A stretch of DNA of 64,000 bases from Podarcis melisellensis. Lineage: Eukaryota. The DNA is taken from the NCBI GenBank assembly GCA_964234715.1, contig OZ174279.1; one strand, 5' to 3'. Below, piece after piece: positions 53,575 to 64,000 of this stretch (its first letter is position 1; each line of letters begins with the position of its first letter). Under the pieces are notes generated by a model that was given only the letters and a program-made list of their open reading frames with translations, made no database searches and was not told where the DNA came from. The translations under genes and the position numbers were made by a program.

Positions 53575-54559
53575 GACTAAGGTTTCTTGCACAGTACCTG
53601 GCTCACACAAATGGTCTCCTCCTACAGAGAACAGCCAAAGAGCTACAAGGTACCTCTAAAAGTCATGTGAGGCCACAGTGAAGGCTGGCAGGTCTGACTA
53701 GAGTTCCACATGACATTAATGACTATATTAAGATAACAGTAAACCATGGTTTATCATTATATGAGCAAGAGGGTCAGGGTCATGCACTGCCCCCTTCTCT
53801 TTTCTGCAGCGACAAGATCGGAAGTTTTCACTTCTGTTTTTAAACTAACTATGGTTTATCATTATGCCCAAACCCAGACAAAGTGATTTTTAACCATAGT
53901 TTTTTGTTTGTTTCAATAACCCAGATTTAATCACAGTTCAGGCTGCAGGTACAACACCAGACTGCTATTAATTGACACTTTTAATCTCATTGTAGCCCTA
54001 CCAGATATCAGATTGTGGCCCTACCGGGTATCAGACAACATCCAAACACATACTGGTAAACCATAGTTTAATGTTACATCTTAACCAGGCCAATATGTGC
54101 CAACAAATATTTCCCAAATTCAGCAAAACACACTGGGGTTCCTTCGCAAACAAGATAATGATGTTTTAAACATTTGTTATAAGCAATTGCCCTTATTAAT
54201 GAAGCCTTTGCAATATGCTCACAAAACATTTCCACCATCAAAGCTTTTCCTACTGGGTTAAACTGAAGGACAGGCCCCATGCATAAATTGTGGTACCATT
54301 ATGAACATGTTGCAGCAGACATAGCACTGGGATAAGCAATTTGTGGTATACATAGAAAAGCATTTCCATGATGAAACGTGCCCACATGCAGGTGATAGCA
54401 GAGAAATAAACACCACATTACAACACCCTATATGGGTAATAGTTCTGTGGTATAGCACCTACAAATTTAAGAAACTCAGTTTGCCTCCCATAGTATGCAA
54501 TTCATCATCTCTGGTGTGAACTCCTATAAAGAAGAAAGTGCCTACCCACTACTAGTAAA

Positions 54560-54942
54560 AAAAAGTAAAAGTAAAGGATCCCTGGACGGTTCAGTCCAGT
54601 CAAAGTCAACTATGGGGTTGCGGCACTCATCTCCATTCAGGCTGAGGGAGCCGGCATTTGTCTACTGACAGCTTTCCAGGTCAAGTGGCCAGGATGACTA
54701 AACCACCTCTGGTGCAACGGGACACTATGACAGAAGCCAGAGCACATGGAAATGCTGTGTACCTTCCTGCTGCAGTGGTACCTATTTATCTAATTGCACT
54801 GATGTGCTTTTGAACTGCTAGGTTGGCAGAAGCTGGGACAGAGCAACAGGAGCTCATACCACCATGCAGATTCAAACTGCAAACTTGCAATCAGCAAGCC
54901 CAAGAGGCTCAGTGGGTTAGACCACAGTGCCACCCGTGTCTC
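54560..54942 (-). mobile_element. Sauria SINE (second subfamily, older)
   Basis: Colinear with 43595-43951; head CCACAGTGCCACCCGTGTC at the plus-strand end. Confidence 0.85.
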
Positions 54943-55957
54943 TTTTTGTCATACTAATAACCCTTGCTGTTTAATGTACTGCTCTGAACCTTTAGAAATT
55001 TCCACATACCATTCATACATTTATGATGAATGCCCTTTCCTACTCATCCAGACACATGCTGTAGGGCACCATTGCCTACACTTATCTCTATTATTACATT
55101 TACTTCAACAACAGATAACACTCCTGGTACACCTCAATATACTTGCGGAACACTGCCAAAACATGACACAACCACTGATCACAAAAAATCACCTGTGTAA
55201 TAGAAACCTTAGTGTGCCACCAGAAGAGCAAGATTGAGGCAGTTTTGTATAATTCCCTCTCCAGGCCCAGCAGGAGGAGAGTACTGCTAAACTGGGCCCA
55301 AAGCCAGCAGAGTTTGGACTCTGAACTTTCATTTTAAAATAAAATAAAAAAACAAGTCTTTAGCCTATGCAAACCAAGAGTTATGAAGCTAGACATGCAG
55401 AGCCATGTCTGCATTGCGAGCCATCAGCCTATTCCTGCTTTTCAGTGCTTCTAGCCAATTTTTGAAACAACTGATGTGACAGACAAGTGCTAGAGAAAAA
55501 TATTACAGTCACACATCCACCAGGGAAGACCCTCAAAACCAGGAAGACCCTGGTTCATTTTGAAGCTGACTATGGGTCTTCCTTCAGATGTGTGTGATTC
55601 CCCCCCCCCTCCCGGATTCAGATAACAGAAGAGAATGCATGGTTCATTCTGAAGCTGCCCCCCACACTTTTCTTGTAGAGTTGTGATTGCTGCCCAGTAA
55701 AAACAACTGCTACTGCAAGGCAGAAGGTAGAAACAAGGACTTTACAGTATACTCTTGCATTCAGGTTTAAATACTTGCAAAACAATCACTGAGTGTACGG
55801 ACAGTTTAATTCCCTGCAATGAAAATAATATCATTATTAGTATATCCATTTGAGGGGCAGAGGGAATAGAGTAACAGCTCTGAAGTGTACCCCAACCCTG
55901 ACATGTTGAGGGGGTGGGGGTTAGGTAAATGCAGCTGGGAGGTGTTTATTGGTTATA

Positions 55958-56199
55958 CAGTGGTACCTCGGTTTAAGAACAGGCCTGTTTACGAACTATT
56001 CAGTTTACGAACTCCGCAAAACCAGAAGTAGTGTCCTGGTTCCTGGTTTGCAAACTCAGTCTAAGAACGGAAGCCGAATGGTGGAAGGGCACCAGTGATG
56101 GGAGGCCTCATTAGGGAAAGCATGCCTCGGTTCAAGAACGGTTTTGGGTTAAGAACAGAATTCTGGAACGGATTAAGTTCGTAAACTGAGATACAACCG
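55958..56199. mobile_element. Tigger-like MITE
   Basis: TA|CAGTGGTACCTCGGTTTAAGAAC...; colinear with 34722-34951; degenerate right TIR followed by TA. Confidence 0.8.
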
Positions 56200-56836
56200 T
56201 AGTAGCAACATGGAGACAGTTTTCACACTTATGAGGGGATAAAGAAATTCTCCAGGCGGAAAGTTGCTGCTGATATAAATGCTAAAATGGGTATAGCTGT
56301 GTAAAAGGTTCATGTCTTTCTTCATAACGCTTGGTGAATTAGGGACAAAGTACAAGCTACATATAGTGTACTAGGCCAAGAAAATCCTGTTGGCATCCCT
56401 GGTTCTGGCAATCCAGAAAAAGAGAAAGTAATAGTATTACCACTGAACTATGCTACATGGTCTGTCTGTTTATTTTTCTTTACACAAATGTTTTATTTTA
56501 ATATAAATATGTCTGATCTCCCGTATTATGGAGAGGTAGCTTGACAATGAACAGTCAGCTATAGTATATCAAAGAAACAACCTAATCAAAGCCTGTCAGT
56601 TATGTCGTGAAATCTCATGATTTTAAGAGCCCTACTTTTGCCCATTGGAAATTAGTAACTGCAATTACCTATCTACAGGATCCAGTGAGTACACAAAAGG
56701 CTTGAATTATTCAAAATGCCATAATTATGACCTGAAATGAAAATGAGGGGGGGGGAAACTAGCCAGAAATATGGCTTACATGGAAAAATTGCAGGAATTT
56801 ATTGAAGGCACTTCCTGTACTTATGTTTTACCAATA

Positions 56837-57053
56837 CAGTAGACCCTCAACTTGTGTGACAGTTAGTTCTGGGGATTGTGCCTAAAGCCAAAATCACGCA
56901 TAGTCAAAACCCACTGTGTTCAATGGTAGGTGGAATTACCAAAGTCATTTTTCCCGGAACCCTGCCCCTTTTTAATTTTATTTTTTAATGTTTTGCCACA
57001 TGCATAAAGCTGAATACGCACAAATTAAATGCGTGCAAGTTGCAGGCTTACCG
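56837..57053. mobile_element. Tigger/pogo-like MITE, degenerate
   Basis: TA|CAGTAGACCCTCAACTTG...CAAGTTGCAGGCTTACCG|TA. Confidence 0.6.
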
Positions 57054-58264
57054 TAACAGTTGATATTTAATTAACCCTAGTAAGATTTCAATGTAGCTTA
57101 ATGATTAATCATGTATCAGTGTAGTTCAATCAATTAGCATCTTCAAAACAAAGAACTACCTCTCCAACTCTGATGAAAGAATCTAGTATCATGTCAGAAG
57201 TGCAACATTACAGGTTGGCCTCTACTCTACACTGTTGATACAAACTCAATGCATTCCTCATCAGCCAGTATGAATACAATCATGTTAGCTGTGATCCTCT
57301 AGTTACAATGCTCACTTCAATTTCTCATTATCAACTTTTTCAGAATCAGTTTATAAGCAGTGTTTTAAGCTGCAGCCAACTATGTCTGACTGGGAGGCTA
57401 CATTTTTCATCCTCCACACTAACACTATTGTATATCTTTCCCTGTTTTTTAGAATCAGAAAGGGAAACAAAAACCAGGAGATGTCTCCATGAGAGGTTGC
57501 TGCAACCCAACAGAGAGGACAGATCTGTGAGAGATCAGAATCTTGCAGTAACACTAGCCAATCCCTACCAACTTCACTGTTATCAAGCCGAACCAATCCA
57601 TAACAACTTGAGTCTTCAGCTTCCCTAAACACCCAGAACCTACTTAATATGAATGGATGCCAGGTTGTGGCCTCATCTGCATTTCTTGGCAACATGTTAT
57701 GCACCCCAGCAATGTGTATCAATGAACATGCATATTTGGAACAGGATTTGAGTGAAAGTTGTCTTCATATACACGGGGGTGGGGAACGGTCCACCTAACC
57801 TAACCCAGGTACAGAACAACGCTAACCATGTCTACTGAGAAGCAAGGCCTATTGAATTCATTTATGTGTACCCAAAGTTAAGAGGGGTTAGGATTACAGC
57901 CTTAATATCCTTTTGTAAATGGCAAAAGGAAAAGCAGTGTAAAAGTGGGCTTTCCCTACTCTTTCCATGCTTGTTTATACATTTTCGGTACACCAACCAG
58001 TATCATATTGTTGTTATATGTGCATTTGGAAGAGCTTCCTAACATACTAAAAGAGAAGTGGCGTCCTAGCCATTCCACTATCTTTACACAAGCAGAGAAT
58101 TAGCACTGTAATTCTAGCTGGCACGAAGTGACAGGGCCCTCAGAACTGTGTGTGCACATGCACCCCAGTATTGTTTACAGGAGTGTAGGCTCTACTACTC
58201 TTGATTTTTCCCTCCTAGCCGAGAGTATAAGAAAGATATTTTTAAGGCAACCCTAAACCTAAAT

Positions 58265-58285
58265 GGTCAGGGGTCCCTTTACCTT
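58265..58285 (+). mobile_element. 21-bp extreme 5'-truncated Sauria SINE tail
   Basis: GGTCAGGGGTCCCTTTACCTT, identical to the SINE 3' end, between 11-bp direct repeats TAAACCTAAAT (58254-58264, 58286-58296). Confidence 0.75.
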
Positions 58286-58983
58286 TAAACCTAAATCATA
58301 TTGGGGTCTAAATCCCACTGAGCACATCGGAGCCTCCTGCATAGGACGACTCTGCGGACAGAAGCTCACCGCCTGCTTATTTGTCAGCGGACTCTGGTTC
58401 CAGGCGACGGATCTGCACGTGTGAAAAAGCCGCTGCCTTTCCGGCGCACCGCGCACGACTTTGCACACCCACCCGGGGCACGGCAGAGACGTGCCTGGAA
58501 GGCGGGACGTCCTAGTAAGTACATGCCGCGGCGCAACCCAGGGCACGTCTGCTCGGGAGCAAAACCCGCGGAGGGGGAAAGCGTGCACGCAGCTGCCACC
58601 TCCGCGGGCCTCAACCGAGCAAAAAATAAAAAAATAAGAAGCGAAAGTGCCGACGTGTAGCTGGGTGTGAAGTTACTCGGGATTTAATCGGAATGAAATC
58701 GGGTGGTCCCGAAGCCAGCAGGCCTAGTGCCACGATGCGCCCACCCCCGGCCCCTTCCCCACGTGCACCTCCGGGCCCGTGGCCGCCTCCCCGTCCCTAT
58801 GCTGTGGGCCCCGATCCCGCGTTTCCCTCCCCTTGAGAAGAGACCCTGTTCGTCAGCCAGACCCTGAGAGGCTCCCGCCGCCTGAGACCCTCCTGCCTCG
58901 CCTCTGACCCGCCGGCCCGCTAAGCTGGGCTCGCCCTCGCCCGCCCGCCCGCCTCTCCCACCGGCTCCCCAGCCCTGACTCAC

Positions 58984-59065
58984 CGCCGCGGCCGGAGCAG
59001 GGGGAAGCCGGCGAAGGGATCTGCGCGTGTGCCGAGGGTCGCCTCGGCCGGCCGCGCTGTGTAGC
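58984..59065 (-). other. ACSL3: Probable non-coding first exon of ACSL3 (5' end approximate)
   Basis: Consensus donor CGGCG|GTGAGT at 58983-58978, just downstream of the GC and CCAAT boxes; TSS inferred, not observed. Confidence 0.65.
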
Positions 59066-59367
59066 TCCAGCTTCGGGGGGCGGGCCCAACCCCCTCGGAG
59101 CCAATGAGCGGCGCCCAGGCCGCGGAGATGCCCCGCCACCGCCTCCTTTCTCTCTCTCTCTCTCGCTCGCCGACCCCTCCCTCCCTTCCTTCCGCTCCGA
59201 GCTGGCGCACCTCACAATCGCCACTGCCGCCGAGGAGCATCCTCATTCCATATGCCTCGGCGGAGGATCCTCATTGGCTGGCGAGGGGTGGCGCGCGAGG
59301 GGCTGGCGCTGCCGCGTTCTAAAACGGCTGTGTCTGCGAGGAGGGTTGCGCGAGGGAGCTGCGCGAA

Positions 59368-59383
59368 GGGTTACTATCGGTCA
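59368..59383. promoter_or_regulatory. DR4 / LXR:RXR response element (GGGTTA-ctat-CGGTCA)
   Basis: Two AGGTCA-like half-sites spaced by 4 nt; one base from the ABCA1 LXRE as recalled (AGGTTActatCGGTCA). ACSL3 is an established LXR target in mammals. Confidence 0.75.
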
Positions 59384-60135
59384 CCGCCGGGCCTGGGGTT
59401 ACGGGAGCCGCTGGCGGGCCGCTGGTGAATGACACAAGAGACCCATTAGCAGCTGCTGCTGGGGGAAAGTAGGCTCCAAGTGCAATATTATATATATCTT
59501 GTCTTTGCATTGCAAATAAACACGACACTCTCGTGGGCTTATCGGCTCTTGCATTAGTAGCAGCAGCAGCAGCAGCAGCGTTACATTCGTCATCGTCATG
59601 TGTTGCTCCTGATCCAATGTGATGATACAAGTCATGTCGTGCATGTTCCAGTCAGAAAATATTCGGGGGCGCTTGCACCTAAGTATATCATGCACACGGG
59701 ATTGCAGCCTGATATGTATACGGGAAGAGAGAGAGGGAGGGAGAAATCACCCTATTCTTCTGATTGCTAATTGATTTTAATGCTGTTATTCTACATAGTT
59801 GCAACACTTCCCGGCACCTCGCGGTGGAAGGCCGGTAGGAAATGGAATAAATACAATTAATGGTTCGTGTGTAGTTTATCATACGGATCAATGAGGCTTG
59901 CCTGCTCGACTCCTGCCATTTAATTCTACCATCTAAGCAAGTTATTATTTATTACATAACGATGTAATCCCCACATGTTCTTTCTCAACCACTATAGAGA
60001 CTGCAGGAAAACCATGAATGGAGCACAGGAAACTCGGCTTCAGCATTTTTGCTTATTTGAAGGAAGGAATCCATTTTAAATTGGGGGGGGGGTTTCCCCT
60101 CACACTTGACATTTATTTAAGATGTTTCATATTAT

Positions 60136-60289
60136 CATAGCTGTCAACTTTCAGATTTGAAAATAAGGGATCAGCAGCCTCACCTGTCCCAGGGACAGTC
60201 TATGGGATATCTAACAATCTGGGATAGCAGCGGGAAACGGCGCTGGAATAAGGGAATATCCCGCAAAAAAGGGAAGGTTGACAGCTATG
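60136..60289. mobile_element. hAT MITE
   Basis: TIR CATAGCTGTCAAC/GTTGACAGCTATG; perfect 8-bp TSD CATATTAT (60128-60135, 60290-60297). Confidence 0.88.
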
Positions 60290-61066
60290 CATATTATAGC
60301 AAGTATGGTTGCTACTAACTGCATCAGGAAGAAGGCAACACAATCTTGCATATGTTTACATAGCGGTTCACACCATTGATTTAAAATGGAAATTACAACA
60401 CCCTTTCGATTCACTTATCTGCGCTTGGCAATGAGCTCTGTACCTTTGAACATGCTCTGATTCCTGGTGAGTGTACCAGGGATGTTAGCCTTAGGGCAGG
60501 TGATTATTTCCTACTGATGTCACATAGAATTGCTCTATAGGTGTGGCAAATGTGATCCCCACAACACTCTGCTACTTCATACAGCAGTGCGGAGGAGAAG
60601 GACAATGTAGACACCACAATCTACAATGGAGGATGTTGCACTGACTGCCATCCACAACATCCTTTCTCTTTTCTAAGGTCTTTCCCCCACGCTTTCAGTT
60701 TAGTGCTAAAGTCCTGAGCAAAGCTGTACAGGAAGCAGCTGTTGTCTGAGTCTCTAATCTGCTCACTATGAGAAGCTCCACACATCAATCATGTTTGCTA
60801 TATTACATGAGTTTTCTGGGGCAAATGTACAACGTGTGAGCAACAGGTGCACACCCATAAGTGTCAGCTGACATGGGGCTGAGAGCCCTGGTTGTGCTAA
60901 ACCCTCCATCCCAAGCACATGAGCATTTAAGAGCATGTACCTGGCAGTTTAAGCATTGGTAGTACCATTGTACCTTTGACAAACAACTCACATAAAGCAT
61001 GGAGCAACTTTTAATGGTTAAGAACATAAGGAAAACCTACTGGATCAAGCCAATGGCCCATTTAGT

Positions 61067-61479
61067 CATAGGCGCCGACTCCATGGGGCCTGAGGGGGCC
61101 CGAGCCCCCTCAATAATTTTTTTGGGGGGGCTCAGCCCCCCCAATAATCTCGGGTGCCCCTCCAGCAGAGCGCCGCCGCCGTCCCCTGCCTCCTCCCCAC
61201 CTGCTCCCTCGCCAGCCAGCCAGCCAGCCGCGCGCCCTAACCGGAGAGCCCCGGCTGTCCCCCGCGAGATTAGGGAATCCTCGCTGTTTCGCCGCTTCGC
61301 AGCACCACTGCCGGGGGGGAATTTCCTTCCTCCTGGTGGAGCTGATTAATAGGCGCAGCACGCTCTCCCCTATTCGCTCACGAGGAGGCGGCGCCACTTT
61401 ATTTGCATATTCATGAGCTTATTTATTATTCATGAGCTTTCCCGGGCCCCCCAATATTTTTTATAAGTCCGCGTCCCTG
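61067..61479. mobile_element. CpG-rich hAT element nested in an older CR1-tailed repeat (~61020-61560)
   Basis: Imperfect TIR CATAGGCGCCGACT/AGTCCGCGTCCCTG; perfect 8-bp TSD CATTTAGT (61059-61066, 61480-61487). Confidence 0.82.
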
Positions 61480-63658
61480 CATTTAGTCCAGTGTCCTGTT
61501 CTCACAATGGCCACCAGATGCCTGCAAGCGGGACCCAAGCTCAGGAGCACTTCCCCTCTTGGCTATTGATACTGATTTTGCAGATTTCCAGGGATTTATA
61601 GGAGTTTCCTTCTAATGGCCTGCATCCTCTTCTGACTTCCTTTCATTATGCCTGTTAAGTAAACTTGGATGGTTTTAAATGGGGTTTAGACAAATTCCAT
61701 TGTCAGAGGCATCACCATGTCCTCCTTGAGGGGCTCCTCATAGAAATCTGGCTACCATGAAAACAAGCTGCCAGACAAGATGGGCCCCTGATCTTATTCA
61801 GCTCTTTAGAACTTTTTGCTGATTTTCGTATTGTATATTTATATTGCTATAACCCATCCTGGGACCTTGGGATGAAACGTGGGTGAGCAATTCAGTTAGT
61901 AACAACTTAAGTAAGTGCACGTGTTTGTTATATCACTAATCATATTATAGCAATGTAACTATAAAACAAATAAGAACATTTATGATGATAATAATAATAA
62001 TAATATCTCACTCTTTGTCATAGACCCCAGAATGGGTTGCAACAACATAATGCATTCAGTGCATCAATGCATGGTTAAATTACCTCATAACACCTAGAAT
62101 AGCAATCACCCCCCTTGAATTTAAGAGATTTGTGCCTTTTGCAAGAATAATTCTAATGCATGCAACCATGAATTGTTGATAACAATGACCATTCACTGTA
62201 GGGAGCCAACGGCCAGAGCTTTGCACCTGAGAAACAACATGTGATCCATGAGGTGGAGAATGTCCCCTTGACCTCCTTAGAGGGCACCTTGGTCTTAACC
62301 AGGAGTCACTGGAACTGAGCTGCTTCTGTTCTCCCATCTAATTTTAGAAGCCCTTCCTACTGTCTCTTTAAAGAGGTGGCCAGTTGAAGTGGGGGTAAAG
62401 GGAAGAGTGGGGCAAGGTAGAGACTGTGGAGGGCTGTTAATTTGTAACAGCCAAGGTAAGATCAGCAGACAGGGTAAAGTCAACAGATAGCTGTAGAATG
62501 AGCAGACAAGATAAAAGTCAGCAGGTCAAGTAAGTCTTAGCGGCCAATCTGCTGGTTGAGGCAACTATTAATCATCATTGCCCCTTTGTCAATGGTTTAT
62601 TTACATGGCCCCAGTTACAAAGGACAAGTCCCCAAGAGGCTGGTAAAGGTTTCTCTGATGACCTGACCCAGTAGAAAGAGGAGGATGTGCCATTGCAAAT
62701 GGCTATTGAGCATTAGAAACAGGTGAATGCTAGCAGTGAGCTAAAGAGACAAAATATAAGACCGAAAAGTGTGGTCCGCATAATGTTGGTCTAGGATTGG
62801 CAAGACCCAGATCCAAGGCATCACACCACTGTGAAGCTCACTGAGTGACTGTGGGCCAGTCACTCTCTACTACCTCAGAGAGTTGTTGCATAGATAAAAC
62901 TGGGGGACCTGGGGGAGGATGTATGCCATCATTAGCCCCTTGACAGAAGGACGGAATATAAATAAAATAATTGAAATAATAACCAGTATTTAAGAAAAAT
63001 TGCAGTGGATAATTATTAATCTTTTCAAGCTTTAAGGTGAACAGTTTGTGTCCAATATTAGCCTGTATTGTCAACTCCATTCATTCAGATAAACTAATTA
63101 CGATAAACATGTAAGGGGAAATTACTTTCTCCTCCATACAGATACACACACACTTGGCCACCATAGTTTCAAATTCTGGGAACAGAAACAATTTCTATAT
63201 CATTTCCACACATTTATAAAAAATAAAACAAGTCTTTTATGGGGCACAAAACTCTACATTGTTTATGATAGTTAACTCTACTGTTCATGCTCACTTTCCT
63301 TCCTCACAATGACTGGTCTAATATCTGTGCCTGATTTGGTGCAAATAAAATGCTTGGGGCAGCTTCTAAACCACAAGAATCATGAGATCATCCCTTTTTG
63401 GGGTTAACCAGAAATGTTTTACTAGTCTACATGAATATGTGTTACAATGATGGGCAGCTTCCTGGAACAAGATACCAGTGTGAGCATCAACTATCCTAAT
63501 CTTTTAAATGTGTGACAAGTCTCACAAGGTCTCAGACCTGGTGTGAGAAGAATGTTGGTTTAAGTTCATCAGCCTCTTCCCTGAGTTCAGAGCAGATAAC
63601 TAAGTTACAAGAAGACCATTTCTTCACTTCTATTGTACTCAGTTAGCTGTCCCTTACT

Positions 63659-64000
63659 GGGACACGGGTGGTGCTGTGGGCTAAATCACAGAGCCTAGGA
63701 CTTGCTGATCAGAAGGTCAGAGGTTTGAATCCCTGTGACGGGGTGAGCTCCCGTTGCTCGGTCCCTGCTCCTGCCAACCTAGCAGTTCAAAAGCACGTCA
63801 AAGTGCAAGTAGATCAATAGGTACCGCTCCGGCAGGAAGGTAAACGGTGTTTCCGTGCGCTGCTCTGGTTCGCCAGAAGTGGCGTAGTCATGCTGGCCAC
63901 ATGACCCGGAAGCTGTAGGCCGGCTCCCTCAGCCAGTAAAGCGAGATGAGCACCGCAACCCCAGAGTCAGTCACGACTGGACCCAACGGTCAGGGGTCCC
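63659..64000 (+). mobile_element. Sauria SINE (runs to the window edge)
   Basis: Colinear with 17511-17870 from GGGACACGGGTGGTGCTGTGGG to GGTCAGGGGTCCC. Confidence 0.9.

Larger units (their letters stand above)
58300..59430 (-). promoter_or_regulatory. ACSL3: CpG-island promoter of ACSL3
   Basis: Very GC/CpG-rich stretch in otherwise AT-rich DNA, upstream of the coding exons on minus. GC box GGGGCGGGCC 59077-59086; NF-Y boxes GAGCCAATGAG 59098-59108 and CAGCCAATGAG (minus, 59270-59280); DR4 at 59368-59383. Confidence 0.85.

Noticed and set aside
39220-54035. Scattered 11-20-bp tandem duplications (e.g. 39220, 39822, 42237, 48180, 53994)
   Set aside because: Ordinary slippage or repair duplications with unrelated sequences; not an array or CRISPR-like system.
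34084-58983. Nested retrogene (as with mouse Utp14b in Acsl3)
   Set aside because: The only long coding-like sequence in the 5' introns is L2 ORF2.
59205-59216. SRE-like GCACCTCAC near the NF-Y boxes
   Set aside because: Too weak a match to ATCACCCCAC to call without conservation data.
58259-59322. G/R/A/P-rich ORFs in the promoter island
   Set aside because: Compositional artefacts of the CpG island.

Overview
Eukaryotic (squamate reptile, probably a lacertid lizard, inferred from Sauria SINE/L2/CR1/Penelope content) genomic window containing essentially the whole ACSL3 gene (long-chain acyl-CoA synthetase 3) on the minus strand. All 14 coding exons can be read with GT-AG boundaries and consistent phases (7053-34034; 2166 nt, 721 aa). 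A non-coding first exon lies in a CpG-island promoter at ~58.3-59.4 kb with NF-Y boxes, a GC box and a near-canonical DR4/LXR element. A second intronic CpG island at ~40.3-41.1 kb carries a strong minus-strand splice donor (candidate alternative promoter). Introns hold many transposon relics: Sauria SINEs, TA-flanked Tc1/mariner-type MITEs, hAT MITEs with 8-bp TSDs, a solo LTR, a near full-length decayed L2 LINE nested in a hAT MITE, and a TSD-less insertion in another MITE. The most striking structure is a 735-bp + 735-bp apparently perfect palindrome (28539-30015) made of the 3' end of a Penelope-like retroelement, set in (AT)n. Each arm carries a minimal hammerhead-ribozyme core and only one arm has a ~30-nt tail. 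A second, unrelated miniature element at 11278-11453 repeats this layout (inverted arm, hammerhead remnant, ~27-nt one-sided tail). Most ORFs in the supplied track are spurious. All calls come from manual reading; no database searches were run.
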